This document shows, one piece after another, positions 1 through 14,849 of a stretch of DNA of 64,000 nt. Source of the stretch: the human T2T-CHM13v2.0 reference genome, Homo sapiens; assembly GCF_009914755.1 (NCBI RefSeq), contig NC_060947.1. One strand, 5' to 3'. Below the pieces are notes generated by a model that saw only the letters and a list, made by a program, of their open reading frames with translations, had not been told where the DNA came from and ran no database searches. Every line of letters begins with the position of its first letter. Positions within the stretch are counted from its first letter, which is position 1. The position numbers and the translations under genes are program-made.

Positions 1-933
1 GAAAAGGTGCTCAACATCATTGATAGTCAGAGAAATGCAAATCAAACCTACAATATCATCTCACTCCAGTTAAAATGCCTTATATCTGAAAGACAGGCAA
101 TAACAAATGCTGATGAGAATATTCAGAAAGGATAACATTCATACAGTATTGGCAGCAATGTAAATTAGTACAGCTACTATGAAGAATGGTTTAGGGATTT
201 CTCAAAAAACTAAAAATAGGGCTACTATATGATACAGCAATCCCACTGCTGAGCATATAATCAGGAGAAAGGAAATTAGTATACCAAAGAGGTATCTACA
301 TTCCCATGTTTGTTGCAGCACTCTTCACAATAGCTAAGATTTGAAAATAACCTAAGTGTCCATCAATAGATGAATGGATAAGGAAAATGTGGCACTTATA
401 CACAATGGAGTACTATTCAACCATAAAAAAGAATGAGAACCTGTCATTTGCAAGAACATGGATGGAACTGGTGGTTATTGTTAAATGAAATAAAGCTGGC
501 ACAGAAAGACAAATGTCACATGTTCTCACTTATTTGTGGGATCTAAAAATCAAAACAATTAAACTCATGGAGATAGAGAGTAGAAGGATGGCTACCAGAG
601 ACTGAGAAGGGTAGTGGCAGGGAGAAGGTGGAAATGGTTAATGGGTACAGAAAAAAATAATTAGAAAGATTGAATAAGACCTAGTATTTACTAGCACAAC
701 AGTCACCTGACTTAAATTATTATAGTCAAAATAATTTAATTTCACATTTTTAAATAACTAAAAGTATAATTTGATTGTTTGTAACACAAAGGATAAGTGC
801 TTGAGGGGATGAATATCTCATTTTCCATGATGAGATTATTATGTATCACATACCTGTATCAAAATATCTCATGTACCTCATAAATATATACACCTATTAT
901 GTACCCACAAAAATTAAAAATAACAAAATAAAC
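1..933 (+). mobile_element. LINE-1 3' end (L1MA2-like), continues beyond window start
   Basis: Decayed ORF2 C-terminus followed by L1MA-type 3'UTR (gtaacacaaaggataagtgcttgaggggatg...gtacccacaaaaattaaaaa) and A-rich tail. Confidence 0.9.
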
Positions 934-939
934 TTAAAT

Positions 940-1160
940 CCTTTCTGAGACTTCTCCTGAACCCATCATGTACAAACAATTCTAACAAATTTCCTCTCTC
1001 CCACCACATATTTATTCTCTACCTCAGTATTTGCTTATGTTTATAGCACTTCAAATTTTGTACATATGTTTAATTTATTCATTTGTTTACTTGCATATTC
1101 TCTCTTTTCCCTACTAGACTATAAACTCAATAAGGACAGAGATATTTTCCCACTCACAAA
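940..1160 (+). mobile_element. L2 3' fragment
   Basis: ctactagactataaactcaataaggacagaga resembles the L2 3'-terminal consensus (ccactagactgtaagctccatgagggcaggga). Confidence 0.55.
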
Positions 1161-1879
1161 CATACACTCAACTTCTGACATATTTCTGTCATATTCTAGG
1201 CTGACAACTAATGCTTCTCAAGGGATTGAATCAGTTCAAATGTCATCATTGCTCATCTACCCAGGTGAGAGAAAGAACTTGTAGTCTAAGGATCCTTCCT
1301 ATTCTCACGTGCTATGACACTGTAATTTTGTTATTACATTCCATTAAATTTTCTAGGCTCTTTGGTGTGAATTTATTTAATTATGTTTATTCCAAAAGGA
1401 ATTGACCCAAGAACTGTGATTGCAGACATATACCACTGGGTAGGTAGCCAGAGCTTCCCTGCTGTTAGATATCAACTCTCAAGCTAGAACTTATATTCCT
1501 TACTCTCTATTATAAAACCAAGAAGAAAAACAGCAGAAAAGATCATTACCTACCATTTTTTCAGCCACATGCTGGCCATATTCACATCCAGAATTTCACT
1601 TGATCTCCCCAAATGTTTTTCATTCTTCACTGGAAGGGAGATTTTTCTCTAATATTCCCCAATTGGCTAATTATCCTCTGGATAGAGCCCCATTCAGAAA
1701 TGTATGAATCCAGTCTTTTCTCTTTCCAGGGAAAAGACATGGGGAAGAAAATTTTTTTCATATTTATTCTTCATGGAGATAGATGGCTGGATGTTGACTT
1801 ATTCCAGCAGTCTGCCCCGCTATAACTGGTCAAAGTAAAGCTGTGGCAGCACTTTGGAGTTTATGAAGTACTTTTACCT

Positions 1880-2220
1880 GTGGTTCTTGTCACAGCCCAG
1901 TGAGATAGATGAGCTGAGCCTTATCATCCCTGTTTCTTAAGTTGAAGGAACTGAGGACCAGGAACCATAAGGGATTCCAACAAGCAGCAATGATAACTAC
2001 CTTTTATTAGTTATGTATTTTTCTAGACACTTTGTGTACATTACCTCACTTGAGCCTCACAACAACCCTAGAAAGTGAGTATTACTAGACTCTTCATTGC
2101 ACAGATATTAAAACTGAGGCTCTGAGAAACTTGCCAAAGCTCACACAGCTACTAAGCTACTAAGCCAGGACACCATGTTGTGTCTAATTATAATCCCATG
2201 CTCTTAAAATCACTCTACAA
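1880..2220 (-). mobile_element. MIR fragments (two)
   Basis: MIR core in antisense: cctcacaacaaccctag...aaaactgaggctctgagaaacttgccaaagctcacacagcta. Confidence 0.7.
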
Positions 2221-3002
2221 TAAGAAAGGTTAAGATTGGAATTCAGACATCCATCCTGCCAAATCATTGTTCAGTCTTTCCTTTTATACTAGATGGCCAC
2301 TCTGCCCCAACTCTGGGAGGACAAGTAGGGCCAGGTCCTGCCATCATTGCTTTCCCAGTCAGTGTTGCCCTCCACTCTCTACTATGGGGAGTGAACTCCT
2401 CTTTACATTGTTGCCAATTGCTTGTTTCATTGCTGGGAGTGTAAAATGTTTTACAATTATGAGCCTTTGATGATAGACTTCTAAACGGCCTGTCTGAGGG
2501 AGAGGTGTGGGGAAGCTGGTAACCATAAGGGGGAAGTAAGATCATGCAGGAACATTCACTGGAATAGGCAGGTAGTGACCCTCATATGAGAGAGGCAAGA
2601 GCCTAACAACTCTGAAGCAGATACACAGAGTATAAGGAAGAGGCTGTAAATTCAGCCTAGATGCTGTGCTTTAAAATCAGGTCATCTGAGCCCAGGCTGA
2701 CTAGGGACCTCACAGGGATGTCGTGGCTGGGTAAAATAATAAAAGTAAAATAAGATCAGCTCATCTTACCAAGGAAAAGAAAAAAACAAGGCCAACCCAT
2801 CCATAAAACTATCAATAAAATGAAACTTGGACACTACTGTGATCCCATTCAAGGCCACTATTTTGCCCTCTTATTTTATTTTTGCCATCTTTGCTTGTGA
2901 CTCCCTTATAGAGCCTATCTGGCCTATAATTTTTTGTCTTTTCCTCTCATCACTGGCTTGTGCTCATTCATTGGATTTCATGATAGAATATGTCTTCCCA
3001 CA

Positions 3003-3130
3003 TGTATGCTTGAGGTAATGGATATCTCAATTATCCTGTAATGATTTGATCATTGCACATTGTATGCACATATCAAAGATATCACACGCACCCCATAAAT
3101 ATGTACAATTATTGTGTATCAATTAAAAAA
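3003..3130 (+). mobile_element. Short L1MA 3'-terminal fragment
   Basis: tgaggtaatggatat...gatttgatcattgcacattgtatg...ccccataaatatgtacaattattgtgtatcaattaaaaaa. Confidence 0.75.
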
Positions 3131-4294
3131 TCAAGAATATATCTTTCCAGGTTTGACTGCTGGCCTTTCTCAGGCGAATGTGGTGCTTGCTTTTCTGTGG
3201 CTTTTCTCCTTGAAGCTGTAGTAACATGCTAGGCAAACCAGCTCTTCTCTAGGGACTCCAGACCAATATTTGTAGCTTTCCATGGAGGATGTCTTGGTTA
3301 CAAAGTTAGAAAGGGCAAACCCATCAGCTGCAATCAGCAGGTGAAGGAGTCTAGTTTCACAAAGGGACAGCAGAGCCTTAATACAAAGGAGTTAATGTAT
3401 ATCAGGCAAATGGAGAGCCCCCTAAAGATCTGGCCCCAGACACAAAATCAGGTTTCTGGGAAATGAAGCCTTTTAGGCCCTCCAGAGGAAGAGCAGCAGG
3501 AGCTGGATGCCCAGTCAGTAATGGTCATCCACCAAGATCCCAAGTGAGAGAAATATCTCTCTTGAGGGTGAGGGTAGTCTTGGGTCATAGCAATTGCAGG
3601 ACAAGAGGGTAGCACAAGCCTCAAACAAAGGGGACTGACTAGTAATTGGGGCTAATTTCCAAAGACCTAGCACAACAGCCTGCATGAGTCTACCTTGGGC
3701 TAAATTCTGGACATCTTTGGCACCACTACTATCCAATATTTCCATCTTGAGGCAAAGAATGAGAATTGGGACCAGATGCCTTGTAAGCTGTGAGTCAGCC
3801 AGGCCATGCAGCAGATAGATTGAATTTAAAACTATGTTCTCTATTAACACCACTCTGCTTTTGTGATTGTTTCCTCTTCCTTTAATTTCCTCATAAATGT
3901 TTCTTTTGGAAAATTTCAACCCTGCCATAGCTGAGCTAAGGGGAAAGGGATTTGGACAGATTTCAACTGACCAAAGAGAGGGATGAGACCAGATGTTCAG
4001 CATCTTGGAAAGAACTAGTGAACTTGGGTACAGAAAGAAGTGTAAATCCAGGAGAGGTAAAACTGTGAACATCAATTCCATCCTGTCCAGGGTTTTCCCT
4101 CCCAACAGTCCTTAGTAGTTGGCTATATGACTCTCTTCCTGAGCCCGATGATCCACATACACCTTATGTGTCCTACTTGGAGGTGGGGCTGTCAGAACCA
4201 CTAAGAATAAAAGATGACCTGAATGTTAGTCTTTCAAAATGCATAGGGTCTCAAATATCAGAATTGGAAGGCTTCCATAGAGATCAATTAATTT

Positions 4295-4491
4295 AGTGGT
4301 TCTCAGCCCTGATTTAACAGCAGAATCTCCTGGGGGTTGGGAGGGAGGTAGTAAACCTTTACAAAAATACGAGTCCCCTTGGCCTTATCTGCAGAGATTC
4401 ATATTTAATTGCTTATGGGTAGGCCCAGGCATCAGTAGTTTTAAAATCTCCCCAGAAAATTCCAATATGCAGCCAGGGTTGAGAAGCATGG
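4295..4491. mobile_element. MER5A (hAT-Charlie) inserted into a MIR (about 4255-4640)
   Basis: Terminal inverted repeats agtggttctca...ttgagaagcatgg; internal ggcccaggcatcagtagttttaaaatctcccca; MIR sequence on both sides. Confidence 0.8.
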
Positions 4492-5347
4492 TTTTAATCC
4501 AAACTTTTCATTGTATAGATGGGGAAAATGAGGTTCACAGAGCAGAAAGAAGTGTTCCAGGTGTCATAACAGGTCAGTGAAATAATCTAGAATATGAGCC
4601 TTCTGATTTCTAATCTCATATTCTTTCTAGTGCTCCACACTCTTTCTCAAGGTAGAAAGCTAGGATGGTTCTGAGTTCCCTCTAAACATCAAACATATCT
4701 AGTTCTGTGTGGCATAAAGTCTACCATTACCATTTCACTTAACCATCTTCATACACATTCTATATAACCCTTGACTAGGAAAACTGTTAAAAAGATATTA
4801 AATGTAAGGGTTGCTTCTTATGTAAAGTGAAATACCATTGTGTCTCGCCACTCCAAAGCCAAAAAATCCTTAACATCAGCTCATGAAAAACATCTTTAAT
4901 GGGATAATTCTGGACATTTATATCTGCTTTTTATGAGTATTTTCCTCAGTAATTGAATATGGCTGCAGAGTATACTTATTAGTAAATCTGATTTAATTAA
5001 CAATCCCACACTATTATAAACACAGGTGGTTTCCAGTTGTTTTGCTATTACATACAGTACTTCAATGAACAACTAGCAGTTAAATGTTGGCTGACACATA
5101 TGATAATTCCTTCTGGAAGTATAAAAGCAAACTATAATAATACAAATGATAATATATTTTTAAGCTCCGACTGGTCCTTCAGAATGAATGTGCTGATTTA
5201 TACTATCATGGAGTGAATGTAGAAATGACCAATTCATATTCTGCCCAATACTGTACTATCAAAGAGAAAAATGGTACCTTTAAACTTAGTGGGTTTAAAA
5301 TATTTTTGTTGTTTTTATTTTTCCATACTTTATTGGGGTACATGTAG

Positions 5348-5677
<330 letters not shown>

Positions 5678-7534
5678 AGAGTAAGTTCTTTAGTGGTGAC
5701 TTGTGAGATTTTGGTCCACCCATCACCTGAGCAGTATACACTGCACCCTGTTTGTAGTCTTTTGTCCCTTGCCCCACTTCCAACCTTCCCCTCAAGTCCC
5801 CAAAGTCCATTTTGTCATTCTTATGCCTTGGCATCCTCATAGCTTACCTCCCACATATCAGTGTGAACATACGATGTTTGGTTTTCCATTCCAGAGTTAC
5901 TTCACTTAGAATAATAGTCTCCAATCTCATCCAGGATGTTGTGAATGCCGTTAATTCAATGCTATTTATGGCTGAGTAGTATTCCATCATATATATATAT
6001 ATATGCACACACACACAGTAGTATTCCATCATCTATACATACCACAGTTTCTTTATCCACTTGTTGAGTGATGGGCGTTTGGGTTGGTTCAATGATTTTG
6101 CAATTGCAAATTCTGCTGCTATAAACATGGATGTGCAAGTATCTTTTTTGTATAATGACTTCTTTTCCTCTGGGTAGATACCCAGTAGTGGGACTGATGG
6201 ATCAAATGGTAGTTTTACTTTTAGTTCTTTAAGGACTCTCCACACTGTCTTCCAAAGTGGCGGAATTAGTTTACATTCCCACCAGCAGTGTAGAAGTGTT
6301 CCTTGATCACTGCATCCACACCAACATCTACTGTTTTTTTAATTTTTTGATTACAGCCATTCTTGCAGGAGTAAGGTGGTATTGCATTGTGGTTTTGATT
6401 TGTATTTCCCTGATCGTTAGTGATGTTGAGCATTTTTTCATATGTTTGTTGGCCATTTGTATATTCTCTTTTGAGAATTGTCTATTCATGTCCTTAGCCC
6501 ACTTTTTGATGGGATTGTTCCCTTTTTTTCTTACTGATTTGTTTGAGTTCGTTGTAGATTCTGGATATTATTCCTTTGTCAGATGTATAAATTGTGAAGG
6601 TTTTCTCCCACTCTGTGAGCTCTCTGTTTGCTCTGCTGACTGTTCCTTTTGCCATGTAAAAGCTCTTTAGTTTAATTAATTCACAGCTATTTATCTTTGT
6701 TTTTATTGCATTTGCTTTTGGGTTCTTGGTCATGAAATCCTTGCCTGAGCCAATGTCCAGAAGGGTTTTTCAGTGTTATCTTCTAGAATTTTTATAGTTT
6801 CAGGTCTTAGATTTTAAGAACTTGACCCCTCTTGAGTTGACTTTTGTATAAGATGAGACACGAGGATCCAGTTTCATTCTCCTACATGTGGCTAGCCAAT
6901 TATCCCAGCACTATTTGTTGAAAAGGATGTCCTTTCCTCATTTTATATTTTTGTTTGCTTTGTCAAACATCAGCTGGCTGTAAGTATTTGGGTTTATTCC
7001 TGGGTTCTCTATTCTGTTCCATTGGTCTATGTGCCTATTTTTATACCTATACCATGCTGTTTTGGTGACTATGGCCTTATAGTATAGTTTCAAATCAGGT
7101 AGTGTGATGCCTCCAGATTTGTTCTTTTTGCTTAGTCTCATGTTGGTTCTGTGGGCTCTTTTTTGGTTCCATGTGAATTTTAGAATTGTTTTTCCTAATT
7201 CTGTGAAGAATGATGGTGGTATTTTGATAGGGATTGCATTGAATTTGTAGATTGCTTTTGGCAGTATGGTCATTTTCACAATATTGATTCTACCCATCCA
7301 TGAGCATGCGATATGTTTCCATTTGTTTGTGTCATCTATGATTCCTTTCAGCAGTGTTTTGTAGTTTTCCTTGTAGAGGTATTTTGCCTCCTTGGTTAGG
7401 TATATTCCTACATATTTTATTTTTCTTTTTTTGCAGCTATTTTAAAAGGAGTTGAGATGTTGACTTGATTCTCAGCTTGGTTGCTATTGGTGTATAGAAG
7501 AGCTACTGATTTGTGTACATTAATCTTGTATCTG

Positions 7535-7868
<334 letters not shown>

Positions 7869-10800
7869 TTATCAGTTCTAGGAGCTTTCTGGAGGAGTCT
7901 TTAGGGTTTTTGAGGTGAACAATCATATCATCAGCAAACAGTGACAGTTGACTTCCTCTTCACTGGTTTGGATGACCTTTATTTCTTTCTCTTGTCTGAT
8001 TGCTCTGTCTAGGACTTCCAGTACTATGTTGAAGGGGAGTGGTGAAAGTGGGCATCCTTGTCTTTTTCCAGTTCTCAGAGGGAATGCTTTTGACTTTTCC
8101 CCATTCAGCATTATGTTGGCTGTGGGTTTGTCATAGATGGCTTTTATTATATTGAAGTATGTCCCTTGTATGCCAATTTTGCTGAGAGTTTTAATCATAA
8201 AGAGATGCTGGATTTTGTTTAATGTTTTTTCTGCATCTATTGAAATCATCATGTGATTTTTGTTTTTAATTCTGTTTATGTGGTGTATCACATTTATTGA
8301 CTTGCATATGTTAAACCATCCCAGCATCCCTGGTATGAAACCCACTTGATCATGGTGGATTATCTTTTTGATATGTTGTTGGATTTGGTTAGCTAGTATT
8401 TTGTTAAGGATTTTAACATCTATGTTCATCAGAGATATCAGTCTGTAGTTTTCTTTTTTGGTTATGTCTTTTCCTGGTTTTGGTATTAAGGTGATGCCAA
8501 CTTTATAGAATAAATCAGGGAGGATTCCCTCTTTCTCTATCTTGTGGAATAGTGTCAAAAGGGTTGGTACCAATTCTTCTTTGAATGTCTGGTAGAATTC
8601 TGCTCTGAATCTGTCTAGTACTGGGCTTTTTTTTTTGTTGGTAATTTTTTAATTACCATTTCAATCTTACTGCTTGTTATTGGTCTGTTCAGGGTATCTA
8701 ATTCTTCCTGATTTAAGCTAAGAGGGTTGTATTTTTCCAGGAATTTATCCATCTCTTCTAGATTTTCTAGTTTATGCCCATAAAGATGTTCATGGTAGCA
8801 TTGAATAATCTTTTGTATTTCAGTGGTGTCAATTGTAATATCTCCCATTTCGTTTCTTAATGAGGTTATTTGGATTTTCTCTGCTCTTTTCTTGGTTAAT
8901 CTTGCTAATGGTCTACCAATTTTGTTTATCTTTTCAAAGAACTAGCTTTTTGTTTCATTTATCTTTTGTATTTTTTGTTTGTTTGTTTCAATTTCATTTA
9001 GTTCTGCTCTGATCTTGGTTATTTCCTTTCTTCTGCTGGGTTTGAGTTTGGTTTGTTCTTGTTTCTCTAGTTCCTTGAGGTGTGACCTTAGAATGTCAGT
9101 TTATGCTCTTTCAGTCTTTTTGATGTAGGCATTTAGGGGTATGAACTTTCCTCTTAGCACTGTCTTTGCTGTATCTCAGAGGTTTTGATAGGTTGTATTA
9201 TTATTTTCATTCAATTAGAAGAATGTTTTAATTTCCATCTTGATTTTGTTTTTGACCCAGTGATTATTCATGAGCAGGTTATTTAATTTCCGTGTACTTG
9301 CATGTTTCTGAAGGTTCCTTTTGGAGTTGATTTCCAGTTTTTTTCCACTGTGGTGTGAGAGAGTGCTTGATATAATTTCAATTTTCTTAAATTTATTGAG
9401 GCTCATTTTGTGACCTATCATATGGTCTGTCTTGGAGAAATCTCCATGTGCTGTTATATAGGTTACCTGGTGCTTTTGTCTCACAGCTTTTAAGATTTTT
9501 TCTTCATCTTAACTTTAGATAACCTGATGACAATGTGCCTAGGTGATGATCTTTTTGCAATAAATTTTCCAGGTGCTTCTTGTATTTGGATGTCTAGGTC
9601 TCTAGCAAGGTCAGGGAAGTTTTCCTTGAGTATTCCCCCAAATATGTTTTCCAAACTTTTAGATTTCTCTTCTTCCTCCGAACACTAATTATTCTTAGGT
9701 TTGGTCATTTAGCATAATCCCAGACTTCTTGGTGGCTTTGTTCATATTTTCTTTTTCTTTGTCTTTGTTGGATTGGATTAATTCAAAGACCTTTTCTTCA
9801 AGCTCTGAATTTCTTTCTTCTGCTTGTTCAATTCTATTGCTGAGACTTTCCAGAGCATTTTGCATTTCTGTAAGTGTATCCGATGTTTCCTGAAGATTTG
9901 AATGTTTTTTCTTTATGCTATCTATTTCCTTGAATATTTGTTCATTCACTTATTGTATCATTTTTTGGATTTCCTTGCATTGGGCTTCACCTTTCTCTGG
10001 TGCCTCTGGTTAGCTTAATAACTAACCTCCTGAATACTTTTTCAGGTAAATCAGGGACTTCTTCTTGATTTGGATTCATTGCTGGTGAGCTAGTGTGATA
10101 TTCTGTGGGTGATAAAGAGCCCTGTTATGTCATATTAGCAGAGTTGGTTTTCTGGTTCCTTCTCATTTCTGTAGGCTCTGTCAGAGGTAAGGTCTAGAGC
10201 TGAAGGCTGTTATTCAGATTCTTTTGTCCCACAGGGTTTCCCCTGATGTAGTATGCTTCCCCTTTTCCTATGTATGTGGCTTCCTGAAAGCCAAGCTGCA
10301 GTGATTGTTATCTCTCTTCTGGGTCTGGCCACCCAGCAAGTCTACCAGGCTCTGGCTGTTACTGGGAGTTGTCTGCACAGAGTCCTGTGATGTGAACTAA
10401 CTATGGGTCTCTCAGCTGTGGATACCAGCACCTGTTCCAGTGGAGGTGGCATGGGTGTGAAATGGACTCTGTGAGCGTTCTTAGCTTTGGTGGTTTAATG
10501 TTCTATTTTTGTTCTGGTTGGCCTCCTGCTGGGAGGTGGCACTTTCCAGAGAGCATCAGCTGTGGTAGTATGGAGAAGAGCTGGTGGTGGGCGAGGCCCT
10601 AGAACTCCCAAGAGTATATGCCCTTTGTCTTCAGTTACCAGGGTGGGTAGGGAAGGACCACTGGGTGGGGGCAGGGCTAGGTGTGTTTGAGCTCACTCTC
10701 CTTGGGTGGGTCTTGCTGTGGCTGCTGTGGGGGATGGGGTGAGGTTCCCAGATCAATCGAGATGTGTCCCTAGGAGGATTACGGCTGCCTCTGCTGAGTC

Positions 10801-11694
10801 ACGCAGGTTGTCAGGGAAATGGCAGAAAGCTGGCAGTCACAGGCCTCACCAAGCTCCCACGAAATCCAAAGGGCCAGTCTCACACTCACCATGCTCTCCC
10901 TAACAGCACCGAGTCCATTTCCAGGCAGTGAGTGAGCAGGGCTTGAGAACTTTCCCCAGGCTACCTGCCTCCCAGCTGTGAAAGAAAAGGGCTTTTGGTT
11001 CTTCCCCCACCTGTGGAGTCTGTACACTGGATTCATGCCCTCCCCAAGTTCTGGTCAGGAGGTTTCTTGCCCAGTTCAAATTGTTACAAAGTTCAGCTGG
11101 AGACTTTCTTCTCCCTGTGGCATTTTCCCTACCCCTCTGGCCACCCTCCTGAAGGATCCCTGTGATGCCAATCAAGAATGACCTGCTTGGGGACCCAACA
11201 AGCTCCCAGGGCCTTTCCTGTTGCTTCCCCTACCCCTGTATTTCTCTTGGCTCTCTAAATTGACTCAGCTCCAGGTAAGATCAGAAACTTCTCCCTCAAA
11301 CTAGACCTTCAGTTTCCCTAGTGGGGGTGTGTGTTCGGGAGTGGAAGATCTCCCTTTCCCACTTCCCCAGCTTGGGTACTCAAAGTATTTGGGGTGCCTC
11401 CCAGGTCCTGCAGGAACAGTCCACTTCCTCCGGATGGTCTGTGGGTCCTCTTGGGATTCCTAGTTTGAACTTGCAGTTGTTCTGGAGCTAAAATTCATGA
11501 TGCGAGCCTCCACACGCAGCTCTGTCTGTCCGAGTCAGGGCTACAATCTAGTCCTGCCTCCCATTCAGTATGATGATCAAGTCTCCTAAACTTAGCTGTA
11601 AATTGAGTTTAATTTTATTTTTTAATATCATTTTGCATGTATTTAGTGGCCATTTGTATTTCTTATGGTTTCCCTGTTCATGCCCTTTGCCCAC

Positions 11695-12862
<1,168 letters not shown>

Positions 12863-12869
12863 TATATTA

Positions 12870-13060
12870 ATATATTTAATCCTCTTGATAACAAAATGGA
12901 ATAGGTACTATTATTATCTCTATTTTACAAATAAGAAAAACAGAATGTTAAGTAATTTGTCTAAGAGCACACTGCTAATAAGTGATTGAGCCATAATTCA
13001 AACTCAGGTAGTTTGACTTCAGAGTTTATATTCCTGATTAATATGTCGTACTGCTGACTA
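12870..13060 (-). mobile_element. MIR
   Basis: ggtactattattatctctattttacaaataagaaaa...gttaagtaatttgtctaag...attcaaactcaggtagtttgacttcagag. Confidence 0.75.
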
Positions 13061-14070
13061 TGAATGCAAAAACTTTAAATAGAATATTGACAAATTAAAT
13101 CCAAAAGCATATTTAAAGAATAGTACAGCATAACGAGGTGGAGTTTATCTCAGCAATGAAAAATGGCACATTAGAAAGCCTTTCTTGAACAGATTAAGGA
13201 ACAAAATATCATATAACCATCTCACTAGATGTGGAAAAAGTGGTTGGTAAGAACCTCACATCCATTATTTCATGGAAAAAAAAATCTTAGCTAACTAGCA
13301 TTATCAAGGAACATCCTTAAGTTGAAAAATATTCTTCCAGAAACTTGCAGGACATAAAATACATAATTTTAAGATAACAAAATCATTTCCATTAAAGTCA
13401 GGAAAAAATATCTAAATAAACCTAAAGCACAAATCTTAATGGTGAAACAGTGGAAGCATAACCATCAATGTCAGAAAGAAGACCAAGATGCCCACTATCA
13501 CCACTACTACACAACATTATTCTGCCAATTTTAGGCAATAAAATAACCCAAGAAGACAAAATAAGAGACATAAAGATTGAAAAAGAAGAAAGATATGTCT
13601 TAAGAGGAAAACTATTATTAAATTAAGAAATGACAACCACAAAATACTACTTTAATAGCCTTCCTACAAATCATTTATCACCAAATTAAAAACATAACAG
13701 CAAGCCCAGAATGGTCTAAGTACCCACTATAGGCCCAGTTACCTGGGAGACTGAGGTGGAAGGATCTCTTGAGCCCTGGAGTTTGAGGCTATAGTGAGCT
13801 ATGATCACGTCATTGCCCTCCAGCCTGGCCCACAGAGTGAGACTCCATTTCTAAATAAACAAATAAATAAAGTACATAAAAATGTTAGAGGAACATAAAT
13901 TATGTCACAATAACAACGTAAAAATAAAACACTTAGAAATAAGGATAATAAAAAATATTCATGACCTTTGAGGAGAAAACTATAAAATTTTATTGATGGA
14001 TATAAAAGATGACCCAGATAAATGGAGGGATATACCATGCTCATGAATGAAAAACTAAATATTTTAAAGT
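13060..14070 (+). mobile_element. Old L1M/L1ME ORF2 fragments
   Basis: Degenerate RT-region sequence (tatgaatgcaaaaac...aaattaaatcc; caagatgcccactatcaccact). Confidence 0.7.
13704..13872 (+). mobile_element. Alu monomer (FRAM/FAM or AluJ right arm)
   Basis: gaggtggaaggatctcttgagccctggagtttgaggctatagtgagctatgatc...ccagcctgg; A-rich tail. Confidence 0.8.
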
Positions 14071-14274
14071 TATTCTATATACATATTAATTCAAATTCAT
14101 TAATTATTTCAAACCATTTTGTGACATATCTATTTGGACTACTTGCTATGAAAATTTTTAAACTTAATATTTGCACAATTCAGTGGGTCCTGGAAAACAA
14201 TATTTAGTCTCTGCTTATAGGGTAAAAAGCTCAATATATAATTTATTAAATTGTTCCTCATAATTATGTGGCTC

Positions 14275-14849
14275 ACAGAAATACTATTTGACCCAGCAAT
14301 CCCATTACTGGGTATATACCCAAAGGTATATAAATCATTCTACTATAAAGACACATGCACACATATGTTTACTGCAATACTACTTACTTTCTTCTCAACA
14401 GGAGAAGAAAGACATGGAACCAACCCAAATGTCCATCAGTGATAGACTGGATAAAGAAAATGTGGTACATATACACCATGGAAAACTATGCAGCCATAAA
14501 AAGAATGAGATCAGGCCCTTTGCAGGGACATGGATGAAGCTGGAAACCATAATTCTCAGCAAACTAACACAGGAACAGAAAACCAAACACTGCATGTTCT
14601 CATTCATATGTGGGAGTTGAACATTGAGAACACATGGACACAGAGAGGGGAAAAACACACACCAGGACCTGTTGGGGGCTGGGTGGTCAGGGTAGGGAAC
14701 TTAGAGGACAGGTCAATAGGTGCAGCAAACCACCACGGCACATGTATACCTATGTAACAAACCTGAATGTTCTGCACATGTATCCTGTTTCTTCTTTTTT
14801 TTTTTTTAGAAAAAATAAAGAAAAAAGGCTCACATAAAAATTAATAATA
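14275..14849 (+). mobile_element. 5'-truncated L1PA (L1PA12-like 3' end)
   Basis: ORF2 C-terminus (WMKLETIILSKLTQEQKTKHCMFS), L1PA 3'UTR; TSD ata(a/g)ttatgtgg(c/t)tc at about 14260 and 14850. Confidence 0.85.

Noticed and set aside
3515-4105. 196-codon minus-strand ORF in non-repeat DNA
   Set aside because: Non-ATG start in the track, no recognisable domain or exon structure; compatible with chance
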